Translations under genes and position numbers: made by a program | Source: an uncultured Armatimonadia bacterium | GTDB taxonomy: Bacteria > Armatimonadota > Zipacnadia > CAVVLO01 | Direction: 5' to 3' | Assembly (NCBI GenBank): GCA_963749155.1 | Contig: CAVVLO010000002.1 | Location: 1,088,001 to 1,152,000 of the forward strand | Length of the DNA: 64,000 bases | Notes under the pieces: generated by a model | The model's input: only the letters and a program-made list of their open reading frames with translations | Told to the model about the DNA's origin: nothing | Database searches by the model: none | Shown here: positions 12,069-21,884 of the stretch, one piece after another | Numbering within the stretch: the stretch's first letter is position 1 | How the letters are laid out: every line of letters starts with the position of its first letter

Positions 12069-12689
12069 GTGGAACTGGCGCTACTTGCCCTGGTTGCCTA
12101 TCTGCTGGGGAGTATCCCCTTCGGGTATCTCCTGGGCAGGCTCAAGGGCGTTGATGTGCGCTCACTTGGCAGCGGCAACATCGGGGCCACCAATGTCTTC
12201 AGACTGCTAGGGCCTGGTTTCGGTGTCGCATGTTCGGTGCTTGACACTGGCAAGGGCTTTGTGGCTGTGCTGCTAGGGAAACTGCTCTTCCCCGAACTCG
12301 CCTGGGCACATCTCCTTGCCGCCGTGATGGTCCTCCTGGGGCATAGTCTCTCCGTCTTTCTGAGGTTCCGCGGGGGACGCAGCGTCGCGGCCAGTCTCGG
12401 GGTGCTGATAGCCCTGGACTGGCGACTGGGGCTGGGTGGCTTTACCTTCTTCGTGCTGCTTGTCGCGACCACCCGATATGTCTCGGTGGCCTCTATCCTG
12501 GGCGCCTTGTCCGCGCTCTTGCTGGCTGGCTGGTTTCACCTGCCGGGGGAATACATCGGGCTGTTCGGCGTAATGGTTATCCTCATAGTGGCCCGGCATA
12601 AGCCCAATATCGAACGGTTGCTGGCAGGCACAGAGCGGAAATTCGGTGACCGGAGTGAACTTGTCACTTCCGAGGAGGCCCCAGAGTGA
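12069..12689 (+). CDS. plsY: Glycerol-3-phosphate acyltransferase PlsY
   Basis: YLLGSIPFG, GSGNIGATNV, GHSLSVFLRFRGGRSVA, RHKPNIERL; der-plsY-gpsA synteny; GTG start. Confidence 0.92.
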   Translation: MELALLALVAYLLGSIPFGYLLGRLKGVDVRSLGSGNIGATNVFRLLGPGFGVACSVLDTGKGFVAVLLGKLLFPELAWAHLLAAVMVLLGHSLSVFLRFRGGRSVAASLGVLIALDWRLGLGGFTFFVLLVATTRYVSVASILGALSALLLAGWFHLPGEYIGLFGVMVILIVARHKPNIERLLAGTERKFGDRSELVTSEEAPE

Positions 12690-13735
12690 GCTCCCTCAAG
12701 CAGGTGGCGGTAATCGGAGCAGGCAGTTGGGGTACCGCGCTGGCCTGGCTACTCGGCTCGAAGGGGATCCCCGTAAAACTGTGGGGTCGGGACGCCGAAC
12801 TTGTCGAATATTTGCGTAATCGGCGTCAGAACGCCAAATATTTGCCGAATATCGAGTTGCCTGCTACAATTGAGGCGACAGGAGAACTGCACGAGGCGCT
12901 TGACAGCGCCGATGTCGCGGTTTTGGCGGTGCCGAGTAAGGGTATGAGAGCCACCCTTCGGCGCGCAGCCAACCTGCTCGGAGGCCCAAAATTACTGCTC
13001 AGCGCAGCAAAAGGGCTGGAATCCGATACAGGGCTTAGGATTTCTGAAGTAGTAAAGCAGGAACTTGGACCCGAGGCAGCGAACAGGTATGCAGTGCTCT
13101 CAGGACCCAACCTGGCGCGCGAAGTCGCAGCCGGGCTGCCATCATCGACGGTGATCGCCAGTTCCGAGGCGCGCGTCGCGGAAACTTTACAAGAGCTTTT
13201 CCGAACCAGCCGATTCAGGGTATACACCAATCCTGATGTTGTCGGCGCAGAGATGGGCGGGGCCTTGAAAAACGTGATTGCAATTGGCGCCGGTATGAGC
13301 GATGGACGAGGCTTTGGCGATAACACCAAAGCAGCCCTGCTGACCCGCGCCCTGCACGAGATAACCAGCCTGGGGGTAGCCGAAGGTGCCAGGCCCGAGA
13401 CTTTCGCTGGACTGGCTGGATTGGGCGACCTGATAGTTACCTGTGTCAGTCCCAAGTCTCGTAACTATCAACTCGGCCTCAGACTCGCCCAGGGAGAAAC
13501 TCTGGACACAATTCTTGCAAGTACGTCCGAAGTCGCGGAAGGATATCCTACCGCTGCCGCAGTATATAAGCTTGCAAACCAGCATAACCTCGATATGCCA
13601 ATTAGCACTTGTATTTACGAGATACTCTACACGAACAAACCGATTGCAGCAGGCGTGGACGAACTAATGACCAGGGCATCCAAGCCCGAGCTGGGCAGTT
13701 CATCGCCAAGAGCGTGGGCAGACCAGAGCGGTTAG
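12686..13735 (+). CDS. gpsA: NAD(P)H-dependent glycerol-3-phosphate dehydrogenase
   Basis: GAGSWGTALA, LSGPNLAREV, GALKNVIAI, GLGDLIVTC, SRN. Confidence 0.95.
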   Translation: MSSLKQVAVIGAGSWGTALAWLLGSKGIPVKLWGRDAELVEYLRNRRQNAKYLPNIELPATIEATGELHEALDSADVAVLAVPSKGMRATLRRAANLLGGPKLLLSAAKGLESDTGLRISEVVKQELGPEAANRYAVLSGPNLAREVAAGLPSSTVIASSEARVAETLQELFRTSRFRVYTNPDVVGAEMGGALKNVIAIGAGMSDGRGFGDNTKAALLTRALHEITSLGVAEGARPETFAGLAGLGDLIVTCVSPKSRNYQLGLRLAQGETLDTILASTSEVAEGYPTAAAVYKLANQHNLDMPISTCIYEILYTNKPIAAGVDELMTRASKPELGSSSPRAWADQSG

Positions 13736-13776
13736 CACTTGGAGTAGAGTAAGTAAAAAAGGGGGTGCAACCAGGC

Positions 13777-14049
13777 ATGACCAAAGCTGATCTCGTAGGT
13801 AAGATCGCTGATGGTGCGGGGATCACCAAGAAGCAGGCCGATGCGGCACTGGGCGCGATGATCGACGCCATCAAGGGGGCCCTGAAGAAAGGGGACTCGG
13901 TGCAGATCATCGGATTCGGGACGTTTGAAGTCCGTAAACGCGCTGCCCGTACAGGGCGCAATCCGCGCAGCGGCGCGGCCATCAAGATCAAGGCCGCCAA
14001 GGTTCCGGCATTCCGTGCAGGCACCGGCCTCAAGGACGCTGTCAAGTAA
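13777..14049 (+). CDS. hup: DNA-binding protein HU
   Basis: MTKADLV, GFGTFEVRKRAARTGRNP, PAFRAG. Confidence 0.95.
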   Translation: MTKADLVGKIADGAGITKKQADAALGAMIDAIKGALKKGDSVQIIGFGTFEVRKRAARTGRNPRSGAAIKIKAAKVPAFRAGTGLKDAVK

Positions 14050-14078
14050 CTTGCTAACCAAGTTTCGGAGCAGTACCT

Positions 14079-14110
14079 GAAATAGGGGCCCCCGCAAAGG
14101 CCCCTATTTC
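14079..14110 (+). terminator. Putative intrinsic terminator after HU
   Basis: Perfect 12-bp inverted repeat GAAATAGGGGCC / GGCCCCTATTTC. Confidence 0.7.
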
Positions 14111-14135
14111 GCTCTTATGAAAGGTGTTATTCACA

Positions 14136-15206
14136 ATGCAACCCACTGATTTACAGGCTGCGCTGTCCGAGGCCAAGTGCAGCAGTCCCGAGTATGTCCG
14201 GCTCAGTATGGCCGCCGCAATGGCGCTCGGTTATCGCAAGGGCTGGTTCTGGCGCGGCGCCAGATGCTGGTGTATCAACCTGCTGCAAACCTATCCCTCC
14301 GGTTGCTTGGCCAACTGTGCCTATTGTGGGCTGGCCAGACAGCGTCAGGGCGACTTCGAAGACAAGAGTTTTATCCGCGTCGAATGGCCCCTGGTGGCGT
14401 ATGAAGATGTGCTCCAGCGTATCCAGGCCAAGGGTGAGGGCGTAAAGCGGCTGTGCATCTCGATGGTGACGAGCAAGCAGAGTGCCCTGGACGTCTTTCC
14501 GATGCTGGAACAAGCGCGCCAAATCGCACCTGCTGTGCCCCGCTCGGTGTTGATAACTCCCACTGTGGTGGATAAAGCCTGGCTCGAGGCCATAAAGGAG
14601 GCTGGCGCCGATTACTGCGGGATCGCAGTGGACGCGGCCACGCCCGAGTTGTTCGACCTGAGACGTGGGGCAGGCGTAAACGGGCCTCACAAGTGGGATA
14701 CCTACTGGCAACGCGTCAGGGAAGCTGTCGAAGTGTTTGGCAAGGGCAAGCTCAGCTTGCACCTTGTGTTTGGCCTGGGCGAGACCGAGCAGGAGTTTTG
14801 CCAGGCGATGCAGCGCGTAGTGGACGAGGGCGCGCGTATCCATCTTTTTTCTTTTTACCCCGAACCAGGTTCGGCGATGGCCGATGTGGCGCCGCCCCCG
14901 ATGGAAGGATACCGCAGGATACAGCTTGCCGCTGCCACACTTGAGCGCGGGTGGGCGCGCGTCGAAGATTTCACTTTTGCCGCTGATGGGCGCCTGTGCC
15001 AGCTTGGCATCAATCCGGAGCAACTGGAGCTGCTGCTCGCTGAGGGCGCCGTCTTTATGACGCGTGGCTGCCCGGCGGTCGGCGGAGAGCTGGCATGCAA
15101 CCGCCCTTATGCCAACGAGCGACCTGATGACGTGCTTCGTAACTATCCCTTCTGTCCGAATACCGAGGATCTGGCTCTCATCCGGGAGACCGTAAAGCTT
15201 AACTGA
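14136..15206 (+). CDS. Radical SAM protein, LipS2-like lipoyl synthase subunit
   Basis: CLANCAYC radical SAM motif; C-terminal TRGCP...CNRP resembles the TxGCPxC(N/D)RP signature I recall for archaeal-type LipS2. Confidence 0.75.
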   Translation: MQPTDLQAALSEAKCSSPEYVRLSMAAAMALGYRKGWFWRGARCWCINLLQTYPSGCLANCAYCGLARQRQGDFEDKSFIRVEWPLVAYEDVLQRIQAKGEGVKRLCISMVTSKQSALDVFPMLEQARQIAPAVPRSVLITPTVVDKAWLEAIKEAGADYCGIAVDAATPELFDLRRGAGVNGPHKWDTYWQRVREAVEVFGKGKLSLHLVFGLGETEQEFCQAMQRVVDEGARIHLFSFYPEPGSAMADVAPPPMEGYRRIQLAAATLERGWARVEDFTFAADGRLCQLGINPEQLELLLAEGAVFMTRGCPAVGGELACNRPYANERPDDVLRNYPFCPNTEDLALIRETVKLN

Positions 15207-15216
15207 GCCAGCCTCC

Positions 15217-16146
15217 CTGTTTGAGGACCGCATAACGCGATTCGGGCGACGCCTGGACTGTTATATACCCTCTTTCAAACGTTACCAGGCGGGCGATTTC
15301 GACAATCGCCACTCGGTTAAGTTCGTCGGGGTCTCGCTGACGGGCACTCACTGCGAGGTGCAGTGCGAACACTGCAAGGCGAAGCTACTCGAATCAATGG
15401 TGTCTGCCGATACCCCTGAGCGACTCCTCGAACTGGCCGAACAACTGAAGGCCCGCGGTGCTGAAGGCCTGCTAATAAGTGGCGGGTCGCTTTCAGACTG
15501 CACAGTGCCTTTTGAGCCCTTCCTTCCCACCCTGGCCGAATTGACAGAGCGACTTGGCCTGGCTATCGCCGTCCATGCAAGTGTTACGACGCCCAGGCTG
15601 GCCAGGCAACTTGCCGAGGTAGGCGTGGCAAGCGCTATGGTAGATTTGGTTGGCGACGATGAGACGGCGCGCGAAGTACTGCACCTCCCAAAGGCCGGGG
15701 TTTTATGGGAATCTCTCGACAATCTGCTTGAGGCAGGCTTGCGAGTGAATCCCCACATCGTGATGGGCCTGGCCTGGGGCAGATTTCGTGGGGAGTATGC
15801 AGCGCTGGAGCAACTTGGGCACCGGGAGGTAAACGCGCTGGTGGTTGTTGGCCTTCGCCCCCTAAAAGGCACCCCAATGGAGAAAGCTCCTGTTCCCCCT
15901 CTTGAAGAACTGGTAGAATTCCTTTCCGCAGCCAGGCAGGAAAAGCTCGCAAGGCCCTTAATCCTTGGTTGCGCGCGTCCACCCGGGCGACTGGAATACG
16001 CTCTGGAGCGCGCGGCGCTTGATGTGGGTGCCGTTGGGGTGGCGTATCCGGCCGAGGAGACGCTGAATTATGCGCGGCAGCTCGGGCTTGAACCGAGAGC
16101 CCTCGAGGCTTGTTGCGCGGTGCCTTTGGGCGGAGAGGAGCTTTGA
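15217..16146 (+). CDS. Radical SAM protein, LipS1-like lipoyl synthase subunit (start uncertain; the frame is open from 15196 but has no ATG/GTG/TTG before the Cys motif)
   Basis: Extending ORF 15358-16146 upstream gives SLTGTHCEVQCEHC (CxxxCxxC); LISGG, PHIVMGL, LGCARP and C-terminal CC match LipS1-type motifs. Confidence 0.75.
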   Translation: MFEDRITRFGRRLDCYIPSFKRYQAGDFDNRHSVKFVGVSLTGTHCEVQCEHCKAKLLESMVSADTPERLLELAEQLKARGAEGLLISGGSLSDCTVPFEPFLPTLAELTERLGLAIAVHASVTTPRLARQLAEVGVASAMVDLVGDDETAREVLHLPKAGVLWESLDNLLEAGLRVNPHIVMGLAWGRFRGEYAALEQLGHREVNALVVVGLRPLKGTPMEKAPVPPLEELVEFLSAARQEKLARPLILGCARPPGRLEYALERAALDVGAVGVAYPAEETLNYARQLGLEPRALEACCAVPLGGEEL

Positions 16147-16580
16147 TGTTTCAACGCAAGCAGCCCCAACTAACAAGAGAGCAGGTGCTCTCTGCCGTGC
16201 CTCTGCGCAACCCAAAGGTTGAGGTAGAGACGAGTGAAGCAGGCCACAGGATACTGCTAGTACCTTTACGCGAAGACTGGGTAGGCAGGGCGCTTTCGGC
16301 TTATCACAAATTTGTGTTTCTCGGTCGCAAACAGGAGCCCCACCGGATCGAACTGGATGCGGTAGGCTCCCAGGTGTTTGACCTGATTGACAACCAGCGG
16401 ACTGTCGAAGAGCTGGTAAAAGAACTGGTAAAAGTTCATAAACTGGCCCGGCGCGAGGTAGAAGTCTCCCTTACGGAGTATTTGAAGACGCTGGGGCGGC
16501 GTGGTATAATCGCTTTTGCTGTACCTCAGGAGCAGAGCGAGCAGGATCCCGAGTCGCAGAACACGCAGGCCGGGGCCTGA
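16146..16580 (+). CDS. PqqD family (RRE-like) protein
   Basis: IELDAVGSQVFDLIDNQRTVEELV...YLKTLGRRGII winged-helix pattern; TGATG overlap with the upstream radical SAM gene. Confidence 0.7.
   Translation: MFQRKQPQLTREQVLSAVPLRNPKVEVETSEAGHRILLVPLREDWVGRALSAYHKFVFLGRKQEPHRIELDAVGSQVFDLIDNQRTVEELVKELVKVHKLARREVEVSLTEYLKTLGRRGIIAFAVPQEQSEQDPESQNTQAGA
16482..16510 (+). promoter_or_regulatory. Sigma70-type promoter inside the PqqD-family gene, upstream of the ABC permease
   Basis: TTGAAG (16482-16487), 17 bp spacer, TGgTATAAT (TATAAT 16505-16510). Confidence 0.5.
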
Positions 16581-16611
16581 GTTTCTCTTTCACTAGTCAT
16601 GCAGAGCAGAG

Positions 16612-17373
16612 GTGACGGCTTTGGACTGGGAGCAGGTTCAAGCTTTTATCGATCAGGATAAGATACCTGAATCAGATTTCCTGTTGATTATCCATTTCCT
16701 GGAAGGCGTACATACCAACCCTCAGTCCTCCAGTGAAGAGAAGGCGCGCGCGCATCAGGCTTTACGCTGGCTGCGCGTAAAAATCCGCGAGCGGATTTCC
16801 TTGCCTCTTTCTGAAGCCTTCAAGATCAGCCTTCGTAATATCTACATCCGACTTGGACGCGCTGCCATCACTGCGGCTGGCGTATTCCTGGGCATCGCTT
16901 TCTTTATGTACGTTTTCGTCTCGGGCGATGCCATCAATGCCATGGAAGGCAACCTGTCGGAAGTAGCTGCCCAGCGCCAGCAGTTGCTGGTGGTGCTTTC
17001 GCTGGTGGTTTGTACAGTAGGTATCTCCAACTCGATGCTGATGGCCGTAACGGAGCGTTTCAAGGAAATTGGCACGATGAAGTGCCTGGGCGCGCTGGAT
17101 GGCTTCATCATCAAGTTCTTCATCATCGAAGCAGTGCTGATGGGCTTCTTCGGGTCGCTGGCAGGGGCTATCTTCGGCTTCCTGATGGGCATCATCATCT
17201 ATATGTTCAAGTACGGCCTGAAGATTATGGGAATGCTGAACTATGGTTTGCTGGTCGAGATGATGCTTGTGGGCATTATTGTTGGGGTAGTGCTGTCGGT
17301 CGTTGCGGCAATCGGTCCTGCCTATAGAGCTGCTTCACTACCTGCAGCTGCTGCTCTGAGAGTCGAGATCTGA
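16612..17373 (+). CDS. FtsX-like ABC transporter permease (short form)
   Basis: GISNSMLMAVTERFKEIGTMKCLGA, PAYRAASLPAAAALR; about 4 hydrophobic segments. Confidence 0.85.
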   Translation: MTALDWEQVQAFIDQDKIPESDFLLIIHFLEGVHTNPQSSSEEKARAHQALRWLRVKIRERISLPLSEAFKISLRNIYIRLGRAAITAAGVFLGIAFFMYVFVSGDAINAMEGNLSEVAAQRQQLLVVLSLVVCTVGISNSMLMAVTERFKEIGTMKCLGALDGFIIKFFIIEAVLMGFFGSLAGAIFGFLMGIIIYMFKYGLKIMGMLNYGLLVEMMLVGIIVGVVLSVVAAIGPAYRAASLPAAAALRVEI

Positions 17374-17392
17374 TCGGGGAAAGGTGAGCGAA

Positions 17393-18292
<900 letters not shown>

Positions 18293-18314
18293 GCCTGCAA
18301 CAAAACAAAGAGAA

Positions 18315-18346
18315 AACGGCCTCCCTTCGGGGAGGCCGTTCTGTTT
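18315..18346. terminator. Bidirectional terminator between convergent genes
   Basis: AACGGCCTCCC-TTCG-GGGAGGCCGTT with A-rich left and T-rich right flanks. Confidence 0.75.
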
Positions 18347-18365
18347 CAGGTGGCAGAGAGCCTGT

Positions 18366-19064
18366 TCAGTCAGTGAATCGGTATTTGATAAGCGCCCACA
18401 GCGAAGGGAACCCATCCAGCCAGGTGATTTTCTTGCCTTCATCTTTATCTCGGCCGGCGTAGTAGATGGGGGTTTCGTATATCTTCGCACCTGATTTGAG
18501 CAGTTTCGCGGTCAGTTCTGGCTCTATCTCGAAGCCGGTCGAATGCAGGTTCAGATTCTTGAGCAGTTCGGCCTTTACGGCCTTGTAGCAGGTCTCCATA
18601 TCTGTCAGCACGACGTTGTAAAGCAGATTGCAGCACAAGGTCAAAAACCGATTGCCCAGATGGTGGATGATACTCGAGACTCGATGGGTACCAAACCAGC
18701 GAGTGCCATACACCACGTCGGCATCGCCGCGCAGTATGGGCGCAAGCAGACTGGGATAATCGGCTGGATCGTATTCGAGGTCGGCATCCTGGATGAGGAT
18801 TATCTGCCCGGTGGCCTCCTGGATGCCTCGCCGCACGGCTGAGCCCTTGCCCTCGTTGCGCGGCTGGAGAAATACCCTGATTGCCTCGCTGTATTCTTTC
18901 TCGAGGTCGGCCAACAACTCTCGAGTGCCATCTTTGGAGCCATCGTCGACCAGTACAAGCTCCTTGTCGACTTCGACGGCCAGTACACGAGTGACTAATT
19001 CTCTAAGGGTAGTCAGCTCGTTGTAGACCGGTATAACGACAGAAAGCAAAGGCCGTTCTGTCAC
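18366..19064 (-). CDS. Glycosyltransferase family 2 (DPM1/polyprenol-phosphate glycosyltransferase-like)
   Basis: [49 protein letters not shown]. Confidence 0.9.
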   Translation of the reverse strand: MTERPLLSVVIPVYNELTTLRELVTRVLAVEVDKELVLVDDGSKDGTRELLADLEKEYSEAIRVFLQPRNEGKGSAVRRGIQEATGQIILIQDADLEYDPADYPSLLAPILRGDADVVYGTRWFGTHRVSSIIHHLGNRFLTLCCNLLYNVVLTDMETCYKAVKAELLKNLNLHSTGFEIEPELTAKLLKSGAKIYETPIYYAGRDKDEGKKITWLDGFPSLWALIKYRFTD

Positions 19065-19260
19065 GAGTCATTCGCCTCCGTGCATAAAGGCTTTGGAAAG
19101 GCAGTGTAACCGCGTAGTGCGTGAAGGTCAATTTACCTTTTCGAGTATCTCCAGATTGAAACTACTTTCCTTGTGAAGGCGTCAAGAATATTCAGAGAAG
19201 CCCTTGCTTCCATAAATATGCTGTATAATCTAGCTACTTAGCCACGTGGAGGGGTCTTAC

Positions 19261-20205
19261 ATGAAGAAACTCGCCTTGCTGGTCGTACTCATGCTGGTAG
19301 TGGCCGGGGCTGCCCAGGCTGCCGACTGGTATGAGCTGCAGTACAATATGGATTCTGGTCACCAGTCATATTACAAGATGACAATGGACATGGAAGCCAA
19401 GATCCAGGCATTGGGTACCGAGATGCCTCCGATGGTGCTCCAGATGGAGCAACTGATGAGCCAGGAAGTCGTCTCGGTAGAGGATGACGAATTCACTGTG
19501 ACGTTTGAGCAGAAGCCAGTTAAGCTGATGCTCAACAACAAAGCCCAACAGCTTCCCAATATGTCGAAAGACATCCCGAAAATGTTTATCGTCTATGACA
19601 AGTATGGCGATCTGAAGAAGTTCCTGGTCGGCGAAGGAGAAGCACAGCAGGACGCCAGCGAAGCCATGAGCTCCCTGCCAACCATGCTGGGCAGCCAGTT
19701 CCCCGCTGGACTTGGAGACTTCCTTGGGCAACTGACCACTCAGGTTCAGCGTTTCATTGATGCTGATATGCCCGAACTGCCAAAAGAAGCGGTACAGGTC
19801 GGTTACAAGTGGTATTCGTACTTCCAGTCGCAGGCTGGGGAGCCAGTTACCCTTAATATGGTTACCGAGAACACTCTGATGCAGGCCAGCGACACTGCTT
19901 GCACCATCCAGACCGTAAGCAAGGCCGACTTCGCGCTGTCCGCGCCCATACCGATGCCCGATGGCAGCACCTCGCAGATGGCTATTGCTGGTACTTTCAC
20001 GGCTGCAATGTGGAGCGAGCGCGACGTGCTGACTGGCGAGATGATATCGATGACGACCCTGCCCGGCGCGCCAATGCAAATTAACCTTACAGCCAGTGGC
20101 AACATCCCGCTGGGCCCAGGCGGTCAGGCGCAGCCCATCGATGCGACAGTCGCCGTCACCGGGCAAGCTCTCAATGCTGCCAACCGAGGCTTTCACCCTG
20201 GCTGA
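19261..20205 (+). CDS. Secreted hypothetical protein, Met-rich and predicted beta-rich
   Basis: GGAGGGG RBS, signal peptide MKKLALLVVLMLVVAGAAQA-A, long ORF followed by a terminator; the extreme C-terminus may be frameshifted. Confidence 0.7.
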   Translation: MKKLALLVVLMLVVAGAAQAADWYELQYNMDSGHQSYYKMTMDMEAKIQALGTEMPPMVLQMEQLMSQEVVSVEDDEFTVTFEQKPVKLMLNNKAQQLPNMSKDIPKMFIVYDKYGDLKKFLVGEGEAQQDASEAMSSLPTMLGSQFPAGLGDFLGQLTTQVQRFIDADMPELPKEAVQVGYKWYSYFQSQAGEPVTLNMVTENTLMQASDTACTIQTVSKADFALSAPIPMPDGSTSQMAIAGTFTAAMWSERDVLTGEMISMTTLPGAPMQINLTASGNIPLGPGGQAQPIDATVAVTGQALNAANRGFHPG

Positions 20206-20240
20206 ATAGACCGACTAGTATGAAACTGATCGACTTAAGT

Positions 20241-20283
20241 AGAGCGCGGTGCTGACTCAAAAAGGCATCGCGCTCTTTTTTTT
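20241..20283 (+). terminator. Intrinsic terminator
   Basis: AGAGCGCGGTGC / GCATCGCGCTCT stem followed by a run of T. Confidence 0.75.
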
Positions 20284-20318
20284 GACTAAAGGGCTGGAAA
20301 AGGGCAGAATTACAGGTG

Positions 20319-20516
20319 ATGAAAGCGCGCACTCGGGGAACTCTCTTATTATTGGTGCTAGTGGTCTCACTGGTGCTTTGGTATGCGACTTTCCGCGTGC
20401 TTGGGCTGGCCGGCGAAGCCCAGGCCGAACCCAAGCTTGCCCCCAAGCCTGTCCCCGCCCACTTCGAGGTCGCCGAACCTGCCTGGGACAAGATCAACGT
20501 ACAGGAAGCCCTCTGA
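20319..20516 (+). CDS. Small membrane or secreted hypothetical protein (65 aa)
   Basis: Basic N-terminus plus one hydrophobic helix; fills the gap and ends 9 nt before trmFO. Confidence 0.5.
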   Translation: MKARTRGTLLLLVLVVSLVLWYATFRVLGLAGEAQAEPKLAPKPVPAHFEVAEPAWDKINVQEAL

Positions 20517-20525
20517 GGCTCCGAG

Positions 20526-21869
20526 GTGACCCCCTTGATTACCGTCATTGGCGCCGGGCTGGCTGGAGCCGAAGCGGCTTACCAGATTGCCCGGCGCGGT
20601 CTGGCCGTTCGGCTTTTCGAGATGCGTCCAGCCAAACCAACTCCCGCGCATAAGACGGCCAACTTTGCCGAACTGGTCTGCAGCAATTCACTAAAGTCTG
20701 CCAGGCCTGACAGCGCAACCGGGTTGCTCCAGGCAGAGCTGCGCCGGCTGGATAGTCTGTTGCTGCGGACTGCGGATGAAGCCGCACTGCCTGGCGGGCA
20801 GGCGCTGGTGGTAGACAGAGACGTCTTCGGCGCGCTGGTGACGGAAAAACTGCTTGCCAATCCACTAATAGAAGTCGTGCGCGAAGAAGTGACCTGCCTG
20901 CCCCAGGGGCCCGAGCCACGGCTTATCGCCTCAGGCCCTCTCACAAGTGATATGCTCAGCCAGGCTATCAGCCAGCTTGCAGGGCAGGATCATCTTTATT
21001 TCTACGACGCCGTCGCGCCCATTGTGACGCGGGATTCGGTGGATGAGACCCAGGCCTTCTGGGCAAGCCGGTATGGGCTCGGGTCAGCGGATTCCTACCT
21101 GAATTGCCCGCTCACTCGCGAAGAATACGAGGCCTTCTATCAGACCTTAAGGAACGCCGAACAGGCAAATCTGCATGATTTCGACCGCAAGGCTTTTTTC
21201 GAGGGCTGCCTTCCAATTGAAGAGATAGCCAGGCGCGGGCCCAATGTGCTGGCTTTCGGCCCGATGAAACCGACCGGCCTGGTCGATCCTGCCACCGGAC
21301 GCAGGCCTTATGCGGTCATCCAGCTTCGCCCCGAGAACGCCGATGGCTCTTTGCTTAACCTGGTAGGCTTCCAGACAGCTCTCAAGTGGGGTGAGCAGGA
21401 CCGGCTGGTCAGGCTTATCCCGGCTCTTCGAAACGCAGAAATCGTGCGATATGGCGTTATGCACCGTAACACCTACCTGCACTCTCCAGGGCGGCTTGCA
21501 GCAAGCCTGAACTGGCTTGAAGATGAGACGCTGTTTTTCGCAGGGCAGATTGTCGGCGTAGAGGGATACCTCGAGAGCATCGCGACTGGCCTGCTGGCCG
21601 GGTTGAATGTGGCGCGCCTGGCCCAGGGCCTGCCGGTGACGGTTCCGCCGCTTGAGACGATGCTTGGAGCACTCGTCCACTATGTTGAGCACGGGATGGA
21701 GCGCAGCAAGGGCTTTCCCCCGATGAACGCGAATCTGGGTATACTGCCAATGCCAGAGGGCGTACGCCAGCGCAAGGTCCAGTTGCGCGAGGCAAAGGTA
21801 GAACGCGCTCAAAAGGCGCTTGCAGAGTGGGCCACCCGCCTGGAGGAGGAGTCCGTCCTGGCACGCTAA
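20526..21869 (+). CDS. trmFO: Methylenetetrahydrofolate--tRNA-(uracil-5-)-methyltransferase TrmFO
   Basis: GAGLAGAEAA, AELVCSNS, FYDAVAPI, FFEGCLPIE, RYGVMHRNTY, FAGQIVGVEGY. Confidence 0.95.
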   Translation: MTPLITVIGAGLAGAEAAYQIARRGLAVRLFEMRPAKPTPAHKTANFAELVCSNSLKSARPDSATGLLQAELRRLDSLLLRTADEAALPGGQALVVDRDVFGALVTEKLLANPLIEVVREEVTCLPQGPEPRLIASGPLTSDMLSQAISQLAGQDHLYFYDAVAPIVTRDSVDETQAFWASRYGLGSADSYLNCPLTREEYEAFYQTLRNAEQANLHDFDRKAFFEGCLPIEEIARRGPNVLAFGPMKPTGLVDPATGRRPYAVIQLRPENADGSLLNLVGFQTALKWGEQDRLVRLIPALRNAEIVRYGVMHRNTYLHSPGRLAASLNWLEDETLFFAGQIVGVEGYLESIATGLLAGLNVARLAQGLPVTVPPLETMLGALVHYVEHGMERSKGFPPMNANLGILPMPEGVRQRKVQLREAKVERAQKALAEWATRLEEESVLAR

Positions 21870-21884
21870 GGCCGGGGCGCGAGG

